Shown: positions 46,633-57,895, counted from the stretch's first letter. The stretch is DNA of 64,000 bases from Oligoflexia bacterium (GCA_011087955.1 JAALKR010000006.1:15661-79660); one strand, 5' to 3'. Program-made: numbers and translations. The notes: generated by a model not told the origin, from the letters alone.

Positions 46633-47790
46633 TTAGCCACGAAACTCTTTCGTCACTGCTGAACCAATTACGATCCGTTGCACTTCACTTGTGCCTTCGT
46701 AGATCTCGGTAATTCTTTGGTCTCGATAATGCCGCTCGACTGGATATTCTTTACAGAAACCATAGCCGCCGTGCAGCTGCAACGCTTTATCAGTGATGAA
46801 GTTAGATGCTTCCGAAGCGAAGAGCTTTGCCATAGCTGCTTCTTTGAAGAATGGCTCGCCTCGATCCTGTAAAACCGCAGCTTGCCAGGTTAAAAGCCGC
46901 GCAGCTTCGAGCTTAGTGGCCATATCAGCGATCATAAATTGCGGGCCTTGGTGACGAGATACTGGTTTACCAAAAGTTTCTCGTTCTTGAGAAAAGCGAA
47001 GCGCAGCTTCTAAGGCCGCACGCCCAATTCCCAAGGCTTGAGCTGCAATGCCGATGCGCCCTCCGTCGAGGGTGACCATTGCTATTTTGAAACCATCCCC
47101 TTCTTTGCCAAGGAGATTCTCCTTTGGGACCTTAACGCCTTCAAAAATCAATTGCGAAGTGCCGGACCCTTTGATCCCCATTTTACCTTCAACTTTACCG
47201 ACTGAAATGCCTTCCAATTGGCGATCTACAATAAAGGCTGATACGCCCCTATGCTTAAGCTCCATGTCTTTCGTAGCTAGTAAGACTACGACGTCACACT
47301 CAGGGCCATTCGTGATAAAGTTTTTTGTTCCGTTCACTACAAAGTGATCGCCCTTATCTTCGTACTTACAAATCAAAGCACCAGCGTCCGAACCAGATAC
47401 AGGCTCAGACAATGCAAAGGCTCCCAAGCGCTTGCCAGAGCACATTTCCGGTAAATATTTTTTCTTTTGCTCTTCCGTGCCAAATTTATTGATTGGGCCA
47501 AGGGCTAGAGAATTGTGGGCTGAAAAAATCACGCCTGTGGAGGCGCAAGCCGCATTTAGCTCCTCGCCCACAATCGCGTACGTAAGATAGTCCAGACCTG
47601 AGCCACCATATTCCGGGTCAATCACTAGACCCATTAAGCCCATTTCACCCAACTTCTGGATGATCTCTCTCGGAAATTTTTCCTCCTGATCAATGGCTTC
47701 CGCTTTTGGCGCGATCTCCTTCTTAGCGAGGCTCGCTACTTGATTCCAGATAATCTGTTGCTCTTCAGTCAATTTAATAATTTTAGACAT
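46633..47790 (-). CDS. Acyl-CoA dehydrogenase (short/branched-chain type)
   Basis: Full-length ACAD pattern (ALSEP.SGSDA, GKMGI.GS.TS.L.FE.V.VP, QLHGGYG, RITEIYEGTSE.QR). Confidence 0.9.
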   Translation of the reverse strand: MSKIIKLTEEQQIIWNQVASLAKKEIAPKAEAIDQEEKFPREIIQKLGEMGLMGLVIDPEYGGSGLDYLTYAIVGEELNAACASTGVIFSAHNSLALGPINKFGTEEQKKKYLPEMCSGKRLGAFALSEPVSGSDAGALICKYEDKGDHFVVNGTKNFITNGPECDVVVLLATKDMELKHRGVSAFIVDRQLEGISVGKVEGKMGIKGSGTSQLIFEGVKVPKENLLGKEGDGFKIAMVTLDGGRIGIAAQALGIGRAALEAALRFSQERETFGKPVSRHQGPQFMIADMATKLEAARLLTWQAAVLQDRGEPFFKEAAMAKLFASEASNFITDKALQLHGGYGFCKEYPVERHYRDQRITEIYEGTSEVQRIVIGSAVTKEFRG

Positions 47791-47796
47791 TTTAAT

Positions 47797-48672
47797 TTAA
47801 TCCGCCTTATACACCACGGGAGTGTCACCACGGTAATCGTAGAAGCCAATGCCTACCTTCCGTCCATACAATCCAGCATCGACATATTTTTTCAGTAGTG
47901 GACACGGACGATATTTGGAGTCACCCAAGCCATCATAGAGAACGTCCATAATGGCAAGGCAGGTATCAAGCCCAATGAAATCCGCAAGAGTTAATGGCCC
48001 CATTGGTTGGTTTGTACCAAGTTTCATCGCAGTATCAATATCCTCAACTCCAGCCACACCTTCGAATAATGTATAAACCGCTTCATTAATCATTGGCATT
48101 AGGATTCGATTCACTGCAAATCCTGGAAAATCTTCTGCTTCAACTAAAGTCTTACCTATTTTTTCTATCAGCTTCTTCATTTTGCCGAAAGTTTCTGCTG
48201 ACGTTTGCAAGCCGCGGATACCTTCTACCAACTTCATCACTGGCACTGGATTCATAAAATGCATACCAATAATTTTTTCTGGGCGACGCGTCTGTGCGGC
48301 AATCTTTGTGATTGAAATACTAGAAGTGTTGGTTGCTAAGACTACACCATCTTTTGCAACTTCATCCATTTGCTGAAAAATTTTAAATTTTAGATCTACA
48401 TTTTCCGTAGCCGCTTCGATGATAAAGTCAGCATCTTTTTGTGCTTCGACGCTACCCGCAGTGCCAATCTTATCCAAGGTTGCTTTTTTGTTAGCCTCTG
48501 TAATCTTCTCTTTAGAAACCGCACGGGAAAGAATTTTATCGATGTTCGTTTTGCCTTTATCCGCGCTCTCTTGGGAAATATCACTCAAGATGACATCGTA
48601 TCCGGCTTGCGCTACCACTTGTGCAATTCCGTTACCCATCTGACCTGCGCCAACCACGCCAATTGTTTTCAT
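47797..48672 (-). CDS. hbd: 3-hydroxybutyryl-CoA dehydrogenase
   Basis: N-terminal [15 protein letters not shown] Rossmann motif, and the FPGF.VNRIL...NEA pattern. 291 aa. Confidence 0.9.
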   Translation of the reverse strand: MKTIGVVGAGQMGNGIAQVVAQAGYDVILSDISQESADKGKTNIDKILSRAVSKEKITEANKKATLDKIGTAGSVEAQKDADFIIEAATENVDLKFKIFQQMDEVAKDGVVLATNTSSISITKIAAQTRRPEKIIGMHFMNPVPVMKLVEGIRGLQTSAETFGKMKKLIEKIGKTLVEAEDFPGFAVNRILMPMINEAVYTLFEGVAGVEDIDTAMKLGTNQPMGPLTLADFIGLDTCLAIMDVLYDGLGDSKYRPCPLLKKYVDAGLYGRKVGIGFYDYRGDTPVVYKAD

Positions 48673-48734
48673 TTCAACCCCCTTTTACGACGCACTCTAG
48701 CAGATATGATGGACTGGGGAAAGATTAATGCCCC

Positions 48735-49655
48735 CTATTTGGCTTTTGGATGGCTACGAGAATAGGACCGAATAATATCGGCAAGCTCGACTTGAGTATA
48801 TTGTTGCGTCGTCGACAAGGAACTATGTCCTAGAAACTCCTGAATTACTCTTAAGTCCGCGCCGTTGCTTAAAAGATGAGTTGCAAAGCTATGGCGCAGC
48901 ATGTGCGGGTGAATGTCCCGCCCAAGATCTGCCGCCGGAGCATATTTATCGAAAAGCCGCTCAACCCCTCGGTCACTCAACCGACGACCAAAACGATTTA
49001 CAAAAAGAGCTGGTTCTGAAAGCGCTGCATCTATATTTTTAAAAAACTGATGTCGTTTTTCCATGTAAGTGTCTAAAGCCTTACCTGCAGCTCCGCCGAA
49101 AATTACCAAGCGCTCTTTATTGCCCTTCCCGACAACTCGGATCGACCCACCTTCTGTATCTCGAAACCAGTCTAAGGAATCACAGTTTAGCTGCGTTAGC
49201 TCGCTCAGTCGTAAACCGGAAGAATAAAGTAACTCAAAAACAGCCTTATCCCGTAGTCCCGCAGCAGAGTTAACCGGAGGAGCCTCCAACAATCGACAAA
49301 CCTCTGTCTCCGATAAAATTTTTGGGATTTGTTTTTCTTGTTTTGGTGAAGGAATTTGCTTTCCAACATCTCTATCGAGAAAGCCTTGTCGGTACATCCA
49401 ACGAAATAGTGAGCGAATTGCAGAAAGTTTTCTCGCGATAGTGCGCTTGGAGTTTTCACCGTATAGATGAGCCAAGTATTCTCTCACTTCAATAGCCTTT
49501 GGCGGCTCCAATCCATCACGCACACTGTCTGGCATATAATTGATGAAGCTAGAAATATCAGAACGATAATTACGAACCGTGTGTGTGCTCGCATTTCGTT
49601 CAACCTGTAAATACTCAATAAATCCATTGAGCGTCTGCCGTAAACTCTTCTCCAT
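48735..49655 (-). CDS. Tyrosine recombinase, XerC/XerD family
   Basis: N-terminal SAM-like domain (FIEYLQVERNAS.HTVRNYRSD). Catalytic HMLRHSFATHLL and LGHSSLSTTQQYT (R-H-R-Y set). ATG 49655 is preferred; the track start 49859 would overlap trmFO. Confidence 0.85.
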   Translation of the reverse strand: MEKSLRQTLNGFIEYLQVERNASTHTVRNYRSDISSFINYMPDSVRDGLEPPKAIEVREYLAHLYGENSKRTIARKLSAIRSLFRWMYRQGFLDRDVGKQIPSPKQEKQIPKILSETEVCRLLEAPPVNSAAGLRDKAVFELLYSSGLRLSELTQLNCDSLDWFRDTEGGSIRVVGKGNKERLVIFGGAAGKALDTYMEKRHQFFKNIDAALSEPALFVNRFGRRLSDRGVERLFDKYAPAADLGRDIHPHMLRHSFATHLLSNGADLRVIQEFLGHSSLSTTQQYTQVELADIIRSYSRSHPKAK

Positions 49656-49699
49656 GCTTTCATTATATGATAGATAATGGAACCAGAGGACTCTCAGGA

Positions 49700-51097
49700 A
49701 TGAAAATACGAGTAGCCGGTGGCGGATTGGCCGGAACAGAGGTGGCTTATACCCTAGCGAAGGCCGGGGTTTCCGTATCTCTCTTTGAAATGCGTCCCCA
49801 GCGTGAGACAGAAGCCCATAAGACTGGGAACTTAGCAGAGCTGGTTTGCTCGAATTCATTCAAAAGCCTCTCCCCAGTCACGGCCTCTGGAATCCTCAAG
49901 GAGGAAATGGAGCTACTGGGATCGCTCTCCATTGCAGCGGCTCGCAAAAGCCAGGTTGGTGCGGGTGAGGCTCTTGCCGTTGATCGAGACCTGTTTTCGC
50001 AGGAAGTTACTGATCGAATCGAAGCCCATCCCAATATCGAGATTATCCGAGAAGAGATTGTTGGCTTAGAGGCTCCGAGCGAATTTGATTTCACTATTGT
50101 CGCGACCGGGCCACTGACGAGCCCGAGCCTTAGCGAAAGCTTGCAAAAAATTTCGAGAGAAGCTGAATTTTATTTCTACGATGCGATTAGCCCAGTCGTT
50201 CAATCGGAATCAATCAATACAGAGATCGTCTTTCGAGGCAATCGACATGGAAAAGAGAGTCGCTTTGCTTCGGACGCTAATGACTCAAAGGGCGATTATC
50301 TAAACTGTCCTCTGAATGAAGCAGAATACAATCGATTTCTCGACGCTCTCGATGCAGCAGAAAAGATTGAAGCCAAAAGTTTTGAACGACTAAAGCATTT
50401 TGAAGGCTGTATGCCCATTGAGGAAATGCTCAAACGCGGAAGAGACACTCTTCGCTTTGGTCCAATGCGACCAATCGGTTTCGATGATCCAAGAACCGGT
50501 CGCTGGCCCCACGCCCTCGTGCAATTGCGTGCCGAAAATCGTGAAGGCACTGCCTATAATATGGTCGGTTTCCAGACGCGCATGAAATATGGAGCACAAA
50601 AAGAAGTCTTTCGACTAATTCCTGGACTGGAGTCAGCACAATTCTATCGCTTAGGAAGCATGCACCGAAACGCTTTTGTAAATGCACCGAAGGTATTGAA
50701 TGATGACCTTTCTCTCGTCCATCAACCGAATATTTTCCTTGCCGGTCAAGTAACCGGAGTTGAAGGCTATATGGAGTCCGCAGCCATTGGTATGCTTGTG
50801 GCTCGATTCGCTTTAGCTCGAATTCATGGTAGAACGGTGGAATCTGTGCGGCCTCCGCGCGCCTCCGCATTTGGTGCCTTGCATAGCCACCTCCGCAATA
50901 TGGAATCACCGGATTTTCAGCCAATGGGGATTAATTTTGGTCTATTTTCCGATCTCGCGTTTGAGCCAGCACTGGCCCCGTTGCGAAAGAGGTTCTTTAA
51001 ACGGAAGAAAATTCCTAAAACAGATAAACGTGCCATGATTGCAGAGTGGTCGCTGGCTCAGATTCGTCGCTATCGGGCAAAGGAGACTGCAATATGA
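49700..51097 (+). CDS. trmFO: Methylenetetrahydrofolate--tRNA-(uracil-5-)-methyltransferase TrmFO
   Basis: [11 protein letters not shown] motif, [23 protein letters not shown] 49700 has GAGGA upstream. Confidence 0.9.
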   Translation: MKIRVAGGGLAGTEVAYTLAKAGVSVSLFEMRPQRETEAHKTGNLAELVCSNSFKSLSPVTASGILKEEMELLGSLSIAAARKSQVGAGEALAVDRDLFSQEVTDRIEAHPNIEIIREEIVGLEAPSEFDFTIVATGPLTSPSLSESLQKISREAEFYFYDAISPVVQSESINTEIVFRGNRHGKESRFASDANDSKGDYLNCPLNEAEYNRFLDALDAAEKIEAKSFERLKHFEGCMPIEEMLKRGRDTLRFGPMRPIGFDDPRTGRWPHALVQLRAENREGTAYNMVGFQTRMKYGAQKEVFRLIPGLESAQFYRLGSMHRNAFVNAPKVLNDDLSLVHQPNIFLAGQVTGVEGYMESAAIGMLVARFALARIHGRTVESVRPPRASAFGALHSHLRNMESPDFQPMGINFGLFSDLAFEPALAPLRKRFFKRKKIPKTDKRAMIAEWSLAQIRRYRAKETAI

Positions 51098-52428
51098 ATA
51101 CGGCCAAGATTCAAAATGTTATAGCACGACAAATTCTCGACTCGCGAGGAAACCCAACTGTGGAAGCGGAAGTGTACTTAGAAGACGGGTCCTTTGGCCG
51201 AGCATCCGTACCTAGTGGAGCCTCGACTGGTTCACGGGAAGCCCTGGAGCTACGGGACGGTGAAAAGTCTTGCTATCTCGGTAAAGGCGTACAAACGGCC
51301 GTATCCAATATTTGCGAACATATTGCTCCCATCCTGCTCGGTGAGGACCCGATAGACTTCCCTGCTTTAGATAAGAAAATGCTCGAAGCCGACGGCACAG
51401 AAAATAAATCAAAGCTCGGCGCAAATGCTTTGCTAGGCGTATCGATGGCGACAGCCCGAGCGGGAGCACTTGCCAAAGGCCAACCGCTTTATCAATTCTT
51501 GCGAGATATATACTACCGAGAATTTTTGAAATTAGATGAGAGCCTTGAGTTTAAGGGCGTCACACTGCCAACTCCACTAATGAACATACTTAACGGTGGT
51601 GAACACGCTGACAACGACCTCTCCATCCAAGAGTTTATGATCCTGCCAAGCTGTGGCGATTCTTTTTCTGAAGCACTACGCGCTGGAGTGGAAATTTTCC
51701 ACAATCTTAAAAAAATTCTGAAAAAAAATGGTCATGCAACGAATGTTGGAGATGAAGGTGGTTTTGCACCGAACCTAAAGACCAATAAAGAGGCCTTTGA
51801 TCTAATCACTGAAGCGATTTCTATAGCAGGCTACCGACCTGGTCAGGACATTCACTTGGCAATCGATGCAGCGGCCACTGAATTTCAGCTCAAAGAAGGC
51901 GATAAAGGTGATTATATTATGAATGGGGCGCCGGAGCCGAAAATGAGCTCCACTGCCATGGCTGAGTATTACGCAGAACTTGTGAAAAAATATCCCATTG
52001 TCTCCATTGAAGACGGAATGGGTGAAAGTGACTGGGACGGCTGGAAGACACTAACAGAAAAGCAAGGTAAACAAACAATGTTGGTTGGCGACGATCTGTT
52101 TGTAACGAATGCAGGAATTCTGCGCAGGGGTATTGACGAAGGTATTGCTAGCTCGATCCTCATCAAATTGAATCAGATTGGAACCGTGTCCGAGACCCTA
52201 GAGACGATTGCTCTCGCTAGAAATAATAGTTACAATACAGTTATCTCGCATCGAAGTGGAGAAACAGAGGATGTTTTTTTGGCCGACTTAGCTGTGGCAA
52301 CCGACGCGGGACTGGTAAAGACTGGTTCAGCTTCCCGTGGTGAGCGAATGGCTAAGTACAATCAGCTCCTCCGCATTGAAGAAGAACTTGGTTCTAAAGC
52401 AAAGTTTTTGGGATTGCACGCTTTATAA
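51094..52428 (+). CDS. eno: Enolase
   Basis: [40 protein letters not shown] 51094 overlaps the trmFO stop (ATGA). AAGGAG RBS. Confidence 0.97.
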   Translation: MNTAKIQNVIARQILDSRGNPTVEAEVYLEDGSFGRASVPSGASTGSREALELRDGEKSCYLGKGVQTAVSNICEHIAPILLGEDPIDFPALDKKMLEADGTENKSKLGANALLGVSMATARAGALAKGQPLYQFLRDIYYREFLKLDESLEFKGVTLPTPLMNILNGGEHADNDLSIQEFMILPSCGDSFSEALRAGVEIFHNLKKILKKNGHATNVGDEGGFAPNLKTNKEAFDLITEAISIAGYRPGQDIHLAIDAAATEFQLKEGDKGDYIMNGAPEPKMSSTAMAEYYAELVKKYPIVSIEDGMGESDWDGWKTLTEKQGKQTMLVGDDLFVTNAGILRRGIDEGIASSILIKLNQIGTVSETLETIALARNNSYNTVISHRSGETEDVFLADLAVATDAGLVKTGSASRGERMAKYNQLLRIEEELGSKAKFLGLHAL

Positions 52429-52437
52429 GAGAGAGTC

Positions 52438-52716
52438 ATGAATTTTCGCCGTTTTTTAACGATAATTTTTCTACTCGCCTTCACCACATCCTTTGTCATG
52501 GTGATTTTCGGTGAAGCGGGTTTACTGACCGCATTTGAAAAGAGTCAAAAAAAGATCCAGATCAAAGCCTCTATAGAGCAGATTCGACTGGAAAACTCTA
52601 CCCTTAAAGCACGCATTGAGTCTCTAACAAAGAACCGCTACGACCTAGAATATTACGTCCGTAAAGTGGCAAACCTCGCTGCCAAAGACGAGATCATTTT
52701 TGAATTCACTGAATAA
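52438..52716 (+). CDS. ftsB: Septum formation initiator FtsB/DivIC-like
   Basis: 92 aa, one N-terminal TM segment followed by a coiled coil. Classic position directly downstream of eno. Confidence 0.7.
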   Translation: MNFRRFLTIIFLLAFTTSFVMVIFGEAGLLTAFEKSQKKIQIKASIEQIRLENSTLKARIESLTKNRYDLEYYVRKVANLAAKDEIIFEFTE

Positions 52717-52773
52717 AAGCTCGTAAGCCCGCTCAGGTAGTCACGGGCTGTATAGCTGAATCTATGTTGCAGT

Positions 52774-53901
52774 TCAGCCTTTTAAGCCCTCATAGACCGA
52801 AGTAAAGTCCTTTGCCATTTTTGTTATTGAAAAATTATTTTCCGCAAATTTTCTAGCTCTCGCGGCAATAGCACAAAGCTCTTTTCGATCATCTATATAT
52901 ACTTTAAGGTGACGAATAAAGTCTTCAATCTCTGGACAAAGGTGTCCTGACTCGCCATCCGTAATCATTTCAGGAACGCCCCCTCTTGGCCGTGCTAATA
53001 CAGGAGTCCCTGAAAAATTCGCTTCCATAATCACAGTCGGATATGGGTCTTGACGACTCGGTACCAATAAGACTTCAAATCGTTGCATCCACTCAGAAAC
53101 ATTCTCCTGACGCCCCACAAATTTCAGAATCCCTTTATCCACCCAAGGCTGAAGTTCTCGTCGAATACGATGACCAAACTCAATATCCGACTGGGCTTCC
53201 CCCACGATCGTACATCGGTAGGAATCCCCATAGTCCTCATCTAGAGCTTTGAATATTTCAGGCAACCAATCTAGACCTTTTCGCGGTGAAAGTTCACCCA
53301 CATATCCAATATGTAACTTCTCTGCTTCCATGTGCAATGCCTTTGCGTCCGAACCCTTTGGCAGCTGGCAAGGCCAATCCTCTGGATTGAGGCCATTACG
53401 AATGACTAGGATCTTTTGCCCAGGAACTCCAGCCAAAGTCATCGCATCTTTTGCCGCCTGGGAAACTACTATTATCTTAGTCGCCCCCAGAGCAATGGCT
53501 TTCAACCAAAGTTGGTTAGAAAACTTAACAGGCATAATATCGTGGTGATGCCAAATGATAGGTACGCACTGCTTGTAACCCAGCATCCATGCATAGACCA
53601 TGGACTTTAGCGATGTTGCATGAATCAATCCATAATTTCGCCCCCGACTAAGAGTGCGTAGCGTTTCATTCGTGGATACCCATGAAGCAAGAAAGGACCA
53701 AAGAATCCAAATGTTGCGAGAAAATTCCATTGAAGGAATCAGCTGAACGGGCGCAACTTCCTTCGCCGCTTCCGCATACGGACCATCCGGCATAGCGAAT
53801 TCCGGCTCATAATCCCCACTCAGCCCTTTGGCCAAAGCTATCGTTACCTTTTCACCACCGTAAATGAAATTTGACTGATGAGAAAGAAAGCAAACTCTCA
53901 A
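52774..53901 (-). CDS. Glycosyltransferase, GT4 (group 1) family
   Basis: C-terminal LLVPSRQDPYPTVIMEANFSGTPVLA..GG.PE (E-x7-E type motif). 375 aa. Confidence 0.85.
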   Translation of the reverse strand: MRVCFLSHQSNFIYGGEKVTIALAKGLSGDYEPEFAMPDGPYAEAAKEVAPVQLIPSMEFSRNIWILWSFLASWVSTNETLRTLSRGRNYGLIHATSLKSMVYAWMLGYKQCVPIIWHHHDIMPVKFSNQLWLKAIALGATKIIVVSQAAKDAMTLAGVPGQKILVIRNGLNPEDWPCQLPKGSDAKALHMEAEKLHIGYVGELSPRKGLDWLPEIFKALDEDYGDSYRCTIVGEAQSDIEFGHRIRRELQPWVDKGILKFVGRQENVSEWMQRFEVLLVPSRQDPYPTVIMEANFSGTPVLARPRGGVPEMITDGESGHLCPEIEDFIRHLKVYIDDRKELCAIAARARKFAENNFSITKMAKDFTSVYEGLKG

Positions 53902-53931
53902 AAACCTAAACCTATTCCTCTCAAAAACCTA

Positions 53932-55188
53932 TTAATTCTTTACTAACCGAAGCTCCGCCATCGCTGGCAGCTGAAGCTCAAATTGCTCTGTCTTCTTCCG
54001 TCGCGCGGACCCAAAGAGCCCCCATAGAGCATACCAGACCCAGATCGTTAAGCTATATGGATTTGGTGGATAATGAGAGCCGAAGATCACAAAAATCATC
54101 AGCGATATAAATGCAACATTGGAGACCACAATTTCATTAGAGCGACGAATCAAAATCAAGTGACGAATCAAGGAGACTAAGAATGCTACATACAGACCTA
54201 AACCGACAATTCCTACTTCACCAAAAATCTGAAACCAAATCCCCCGCTTCACATCACTATTGCCTACTCCCACGCCTAGGAAACTTGATTTTTTCGCCGC
54301 CTTCCATGATTTTCTCGCTTCCGTTAGTTTTTGAGAAATTTGATTTTCTAGAAACTGGGGCCTTGGAGTGCGAGAATAGATATAGATGCAATTGATCGAT
54401 AGCAGGCTTAACATGAATAGAGCAAAAAAAGACCGCTGCAACGGAATCCGCTTGATTAGCGCAACCACTGCAAGAGCAATGGGGGCTGCCATTGCCGCTG
54501 CAATAAAAACCTGAATTTCCATCAATAGCAGAGTAGATATGATTACGATTACTCCGAGCGCATTCCAAATTCGAGGCAATAAATGCCGCTTTGGATTAAT
54601 ATAATCCCAAATTAGAAACGGCAACCCAGCAATAAAATACAATGCTAGGTCTGAGTTAATTTGAACCAACGGCGAAAGCTTCCAGTCAGGAATTAAGTGA
54701 AAGAAAATGAACGATAGCCCAAGAATTGTGGCAGAGACAATATAACAGCGAAAGGCGATTACAAGACGAGAAGGAATCAAGGCTAAACCACGCACATTGC
54801 GTTCGCAGAACAGGAACTGAGCGGAAAGCGCCACCACAGCTAATGAAAACCATCCACCCATCGCATAGACAATTGACCGCACCGGGTTCTCCGTTGCTCC
54901 TGCAAACAGATTCACCCAAAGAAAGAATAACAACAGGAAACACCAAGGCACCGAAACGGCAATGTCATGCAATCGATACAAAGAAACTCGAGTACCAAAT
55001 TCCCTTTTTTCTGCCCACGCCGCTAAGCATCCTGCTAAAAAAAAGGAGACATACGCAATACGAACCTGAAGATCTGAAAAAAGACTGAACAAAGACACCT
55101 GGTCAAATGGCACAAGTGCGAGCCCCAAACTCCAGAACCATACCGCTGCCCCTCGAATATCTTGTGACTTCATCTTCAAGAATGCCAT
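53932..55188 (-). CDS. O-antigen ligase/polymerase-like integral membrane protein
   Basis: About 10-12 TM segments with one larger loop. Located inside a polysaccharide cluster. No strict motif verified. Confidence 0.6.
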   Translation of the reverse strand: MAFLKMKSQDIRGAAVWFWSLGLALVPFDQVSLFSLFSDLQVRIAYVSFFLAGCLAAWAEKREFGTRVSLYRLHDIAVSVPWCFLLLFFLWVNLFAGATENPVRSIVYAMGGWFSLAVVALSAQFLFCERNVRGLALIPSRLVIAFRCYIVSATILGLSFIFFHLIPDWKLSPLVQINSDLALYFIAGLPFLIWDYINPKRHLLPRIWNALGVIVIISTLLLMEIQVFIAAAMAAPIALAVVALIKRIPLQRSFFALFMLSLLSINCIYIYSRTPRPQFLENQISQKLTEARKSWKAAKKSSFLGVGVGNSDVKRGIWFQIFGEVGIVGLGLYVAFLVSLIRHLILIRRSNEIVVSNVAFISLMIFVIFGSHYPPNPYSLTIWVWYALWGLFGSARRKKTEQFELQLPAMAELRLVKN

Positions 55189-55241
55189 AACCCGTTCTAT
55201 CAGCCTTGCCAGGCGAAGGCAATTCTCGTAGCTTTAAAGAG

Positions 55242-56357
55242 ATGAGCACCATTCCTGTAGCGAATACAATTTCTGTAGCGAATGCGATTTCTGTAGTCAT
55301 TCCAAGTTGGGACGGGGGCGAGCTTCTGCGTCGAACTCTACCATCGGTCCTCGCACAAACGGGCGTGGCATTTGAAGTGATTGTAGTCGATAACGGATCC
55401 GAATCCGATGAAACAAAGACTCTGGTCCGCAAGTTCCAAGAAGAACATAAAAACCTACGGTTGGTGAGCCTGAAACATAATGCAGGCTATACCGGTGGCG
55501 TAAATGTTGGTGCCCAGGAAGCTCAGTACACATTGGTTGCCGTTCTAGGAAACGACAATGTTGTAGAGCCAAACTGGTTAAAATCCCTATTAGATTGCTG
55601 GGGTGACGGCATCTGTCGTGAAACTGGAAAAATGATCGGTGCGGTGATGAGCCAAACAATCGTGAATCATCAAATCCCCTATGGTCCTTGCTCTTTAAAT
55701 CTTTTTGGGCGGAATATCTTTTATACGGATGATACTTGGATTAAGGAGAATTTTTTAACTTTTTATCCTGGTGGAAATGCTTTCCTCTATGACAAATTCA
55801 CCTATGATCTCCCGTTTACAGAGTTTTATTATACCTACCAAGAGGACGTTTCTTTAGGTTGGCGAATCCAAAATCGTGAATCAATAGTCATTCAGACGCA
55901 TACTCCTTATGTTCACTCTTTTGATGGCGGCACGACAAAGAGGAAGCGAGTACGATTTAAATCACTAATGCTAACGGAAAGAAATCGTTGGATCAATCTA
56001 CTTACATTCCCTGAAAGCTCAACATTGCTTAAACTTTTTTGGCTGTGGTTCTTCGATTTTTGCTTTTCTGTTCTTGTTAGCAGTAACCGAATTGCCAAAA
56101 TCTCAGGGCTAGTCTGGGTAATTTGTAATTATAAGCTGGTCAACTCTCTGAGAGTTCGACGACAGATAGAGCGAACAATTGATGATGGAACGGTCTTTCT
56201 CTACATGAGTCCAGACTATTTTTCTACAGCCTCAGATCCATTTTCCTTCAGTGGTCAAATAAAAAAATCAGTGAATCGAATTTTTAAAATCTACTGGGCC
56301 TTAGTTGGGCTGGACGTAGGCTCTGGCCTACGTACGAACAAAGGGCAAAAACCCTAA
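55242..56357 (+). CDS. Glycosyltransferase, GT2 family
   Basis: ISVVIPSWDGGELLRRTLPSVLAQT...EVIVVDNGS is the GT2 N-terminal pattern. ATG 55242 is preferred over TTG 55206. Confidence 0.8.
   Translation: MSTIPVANTISVANAISVVIPSWDGGELLRRTLPSVLAQTGVAFEVIVVDNGSESDETKTLVRKFQEEHKNLRLVSLKHNAGYTGGVNVGAQEAQYTLVAVLGNDNVVEPNWLKSLLDCWGDGICRETGKMIGAVMSQTIVNHQIPYGPCSLNLFGRNIFYTDDTWIKENFLTFYPGGNAFLYDKFTYDLPFTEFYYTYQEDVSLGWRIQNRESIVIQTHTPYVHSFDGGTTKRKRVRFKSLMLTERNRWINLLTFPESSTLLKLFWLWFFDFCFSVLVSSNRIAKISGLVWVICNYKLVNSLRVRRQIERTIDDGTVFLYMSPDYFSTASDPFSFSGQIKKSVNRIFKIYWALVGLDVGSGLRTNKGQKP
55251..55304 (+). repeat. 18-nt in-frame tandem repeat x3 at codons 4-21 of the GT2 gene
   Basis: attcctgtagcgaataca / atttctgtagcgaatgcg / atttctgtagtcattcca, encoding IPVANT ISVANA ISVVIP. 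Confidence 0.85.
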
Positions 56358-57800
56358 GGACTTTCTCTTGACTTCCATAACCATGCGTGCCTCTTGATAC
56401 GTATAAGAGCCAGAGATCCGAAAATCTTTTGGTAAAATTTCATAACGTTTAGCCACTTGATACACACAAATGAAAAGTACTATAGGGAAGGTATTGGAAG
56501 CCAACGCCACCCCTACCAGGCCAAATAGTTTAGTAAGAGGAATCAGAACCAGCAAATAGACACAAGCAGCAGTGATATAAGACAAGACAACATCTCGATA
56601 GCGGCGAAGACTAAATAATCCTCCCACTATAAAACTATGCAACCAATAGGCCCAAATACCAGGAAGGAACCAAGGCAACAGTTCGAGAGCTACCTTATAC
56701 TTGGGAAAAAACGGATAAATCAATCCACTTAAGAAAAGTAAAATTCCAGCTCCGATCAATACCCCATAACGAAACAGGAATTTTGTGAATGCACCAATGT
56801 AGATAACGACTTTCGCAGGTGCATCCCTCCCAACTCTTTGCAAATCAGGGAAAATCGCATGCCCTACCGACGTCGCCATCAAAATTGGGACAGCGGAAAG
56901 TCGAACTGCCAAAACATAAAGCCCTGCCTCTGCAAAGCCAAGAAGGTGGGAGGCAGTGATTAAGTCGAGCCTTTGCCATAAAACAACAGCACCAAATGTG
57001 ATTGCGTAAGGCCATGCGTCCTTAGTTAGTGCGTGCCAAGCAGTGATTCCCCAAGAAGAGCTGAAACTCAATTTACGAGATATCCGTCGTGATTCTCTGC
57101 AATTAGTCGCTGACTCCGCAAGGTTTTCTGAAAGAGGCCGGGTCGGTGTTAGAAAAAATGTAACCCAGATAATAAACGCAGAAAGAATTCCACCCCAGGA
57201 CTGAGCCAGTAAAAGATATGTAATTCCATAACCTTGAAAGGCTAAATAAGCTGGCAGCAACACTGTAGCTAGTACACCGATCAAAACAGAAACAACTCCT
57301 AACCCCTGGCGCCCACGAAACTTGCAGTAGGCATCCGCCGTTAGCATAAGGGCAACTGAAAACAGGTAGGGCACATAGGCCATAGCCTGCCAAAAAATTT
57401 CTTCGTTAAACACTCCATCTACATCGGTAGCGTGTTGCCACGAAAATATGTAGATAAAAATTGATCCAACGCTAGCACCGACTAATCGAATGAAAAGCAC
57501 ACGGTTTATCAAGTCTTGTGTGCGAAAGCCTTGCCGAGCTAATTCTGAACTTTCACCTTCTGTCAATGTTTCACCTTCTGCCAATGTAAGTGCAGAGATC
57601 AAAGCACTCGAAAGACCAAGGTCAACAAGTGTAACCCAAATCAATACTTGCGCTTGCGAGGTTGAAAGATCACCGAGTCCTTCGGGACCAAGTAGATGAG
57701 CATAAATTAGTATTAAAATGAAATTTAAACCAGTAATCGTGAACGCACCGAAGGTCTGGAAAAAAGAGTTACGTAGCGTATTTTTTACCGACTTTGGCAT
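56328..57800 (-). CDS. Polysaccharide flippase (MOP/Wzx-like)
   Basis: About 12-14 TM segments. The N-terminus KNTLRNSFFQTFGAFTITGLNFILILIYAHLLGPEGLG is typical of Wzx-type proteins. ATG 57800 is preferred over the track start 57842. Confidence 0.8.
   Translation of the reverse strand: MPKSVKNTLRNSFFQTFGAFTITGLNFILILIYAHLLGPEGLGDLSTSQAQVLIWVTLVDLGLSSALISALTLAEGETLTEGESSELARQGFRTQDLINRVLFIRLVGASVGSIFIYIFSWQHATDVDGVFNEEIFWQAMAYVPYLFSVALMLTADAYCKFRGRQGLGVVSVLIGVLATVLLPAYLAFQGYGITYLLLAQSWGGILSAFIIWVTFFLTPTRPLSENLAESATNCRESRRISRKLSFSSSWGITAWHALTKDAWPYAITFGAVVLWQRLDLITASHLLGFAEAGLYVLAVRLSAVPILMATSVGHAIFPDLQRVGRDAPAKVVIYIGAFTKFLFRYGVLIGAGILLFLSGLIYPFFPKYKVALELLPWFLPGIWAYWLHSFIVGGLFSLRRYRDVVLSYITAACVYLLVLIPLTKLFGLVGVALASNTFPIVLFICVYQVAKRYEILPKDFRISGSYTYQEARMVMEVKRKSLGFLPFVRT
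57551..57586 (-). repeat. 18-nt in-frame tandem duplication (17/18 identical) inside the flippase gene
   Basis: Plus strand tttcaccttctgtcaatg / tttcaccttctgccaatg. It encodes TLAEGE TLTEGE in a predicted loop. Confidence 0.85.
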
Positions 57801-57895
57801 AAGTTCAATGTAACATGGAACGAAATAAGAATAACGAAACAAGAATCATGACAGAGTCATGTATTCGCGTGCGGACGCTCAGGGAGGAACGACTC

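Noticed and set aside
48735-49859. Tyrosine recombinase as the integrase of a mobile element or island
   Set aside because: Its size (about 307 aa from ATG 49655), XerC/XerD-type N-terminal domain and catalytic motifs fit a chromosome-dimer resolvase. It is flanked by core genes (hbd, trmFO-eno). I saw no tRNA target, direct repeats or phage/plasmid genes nearby.
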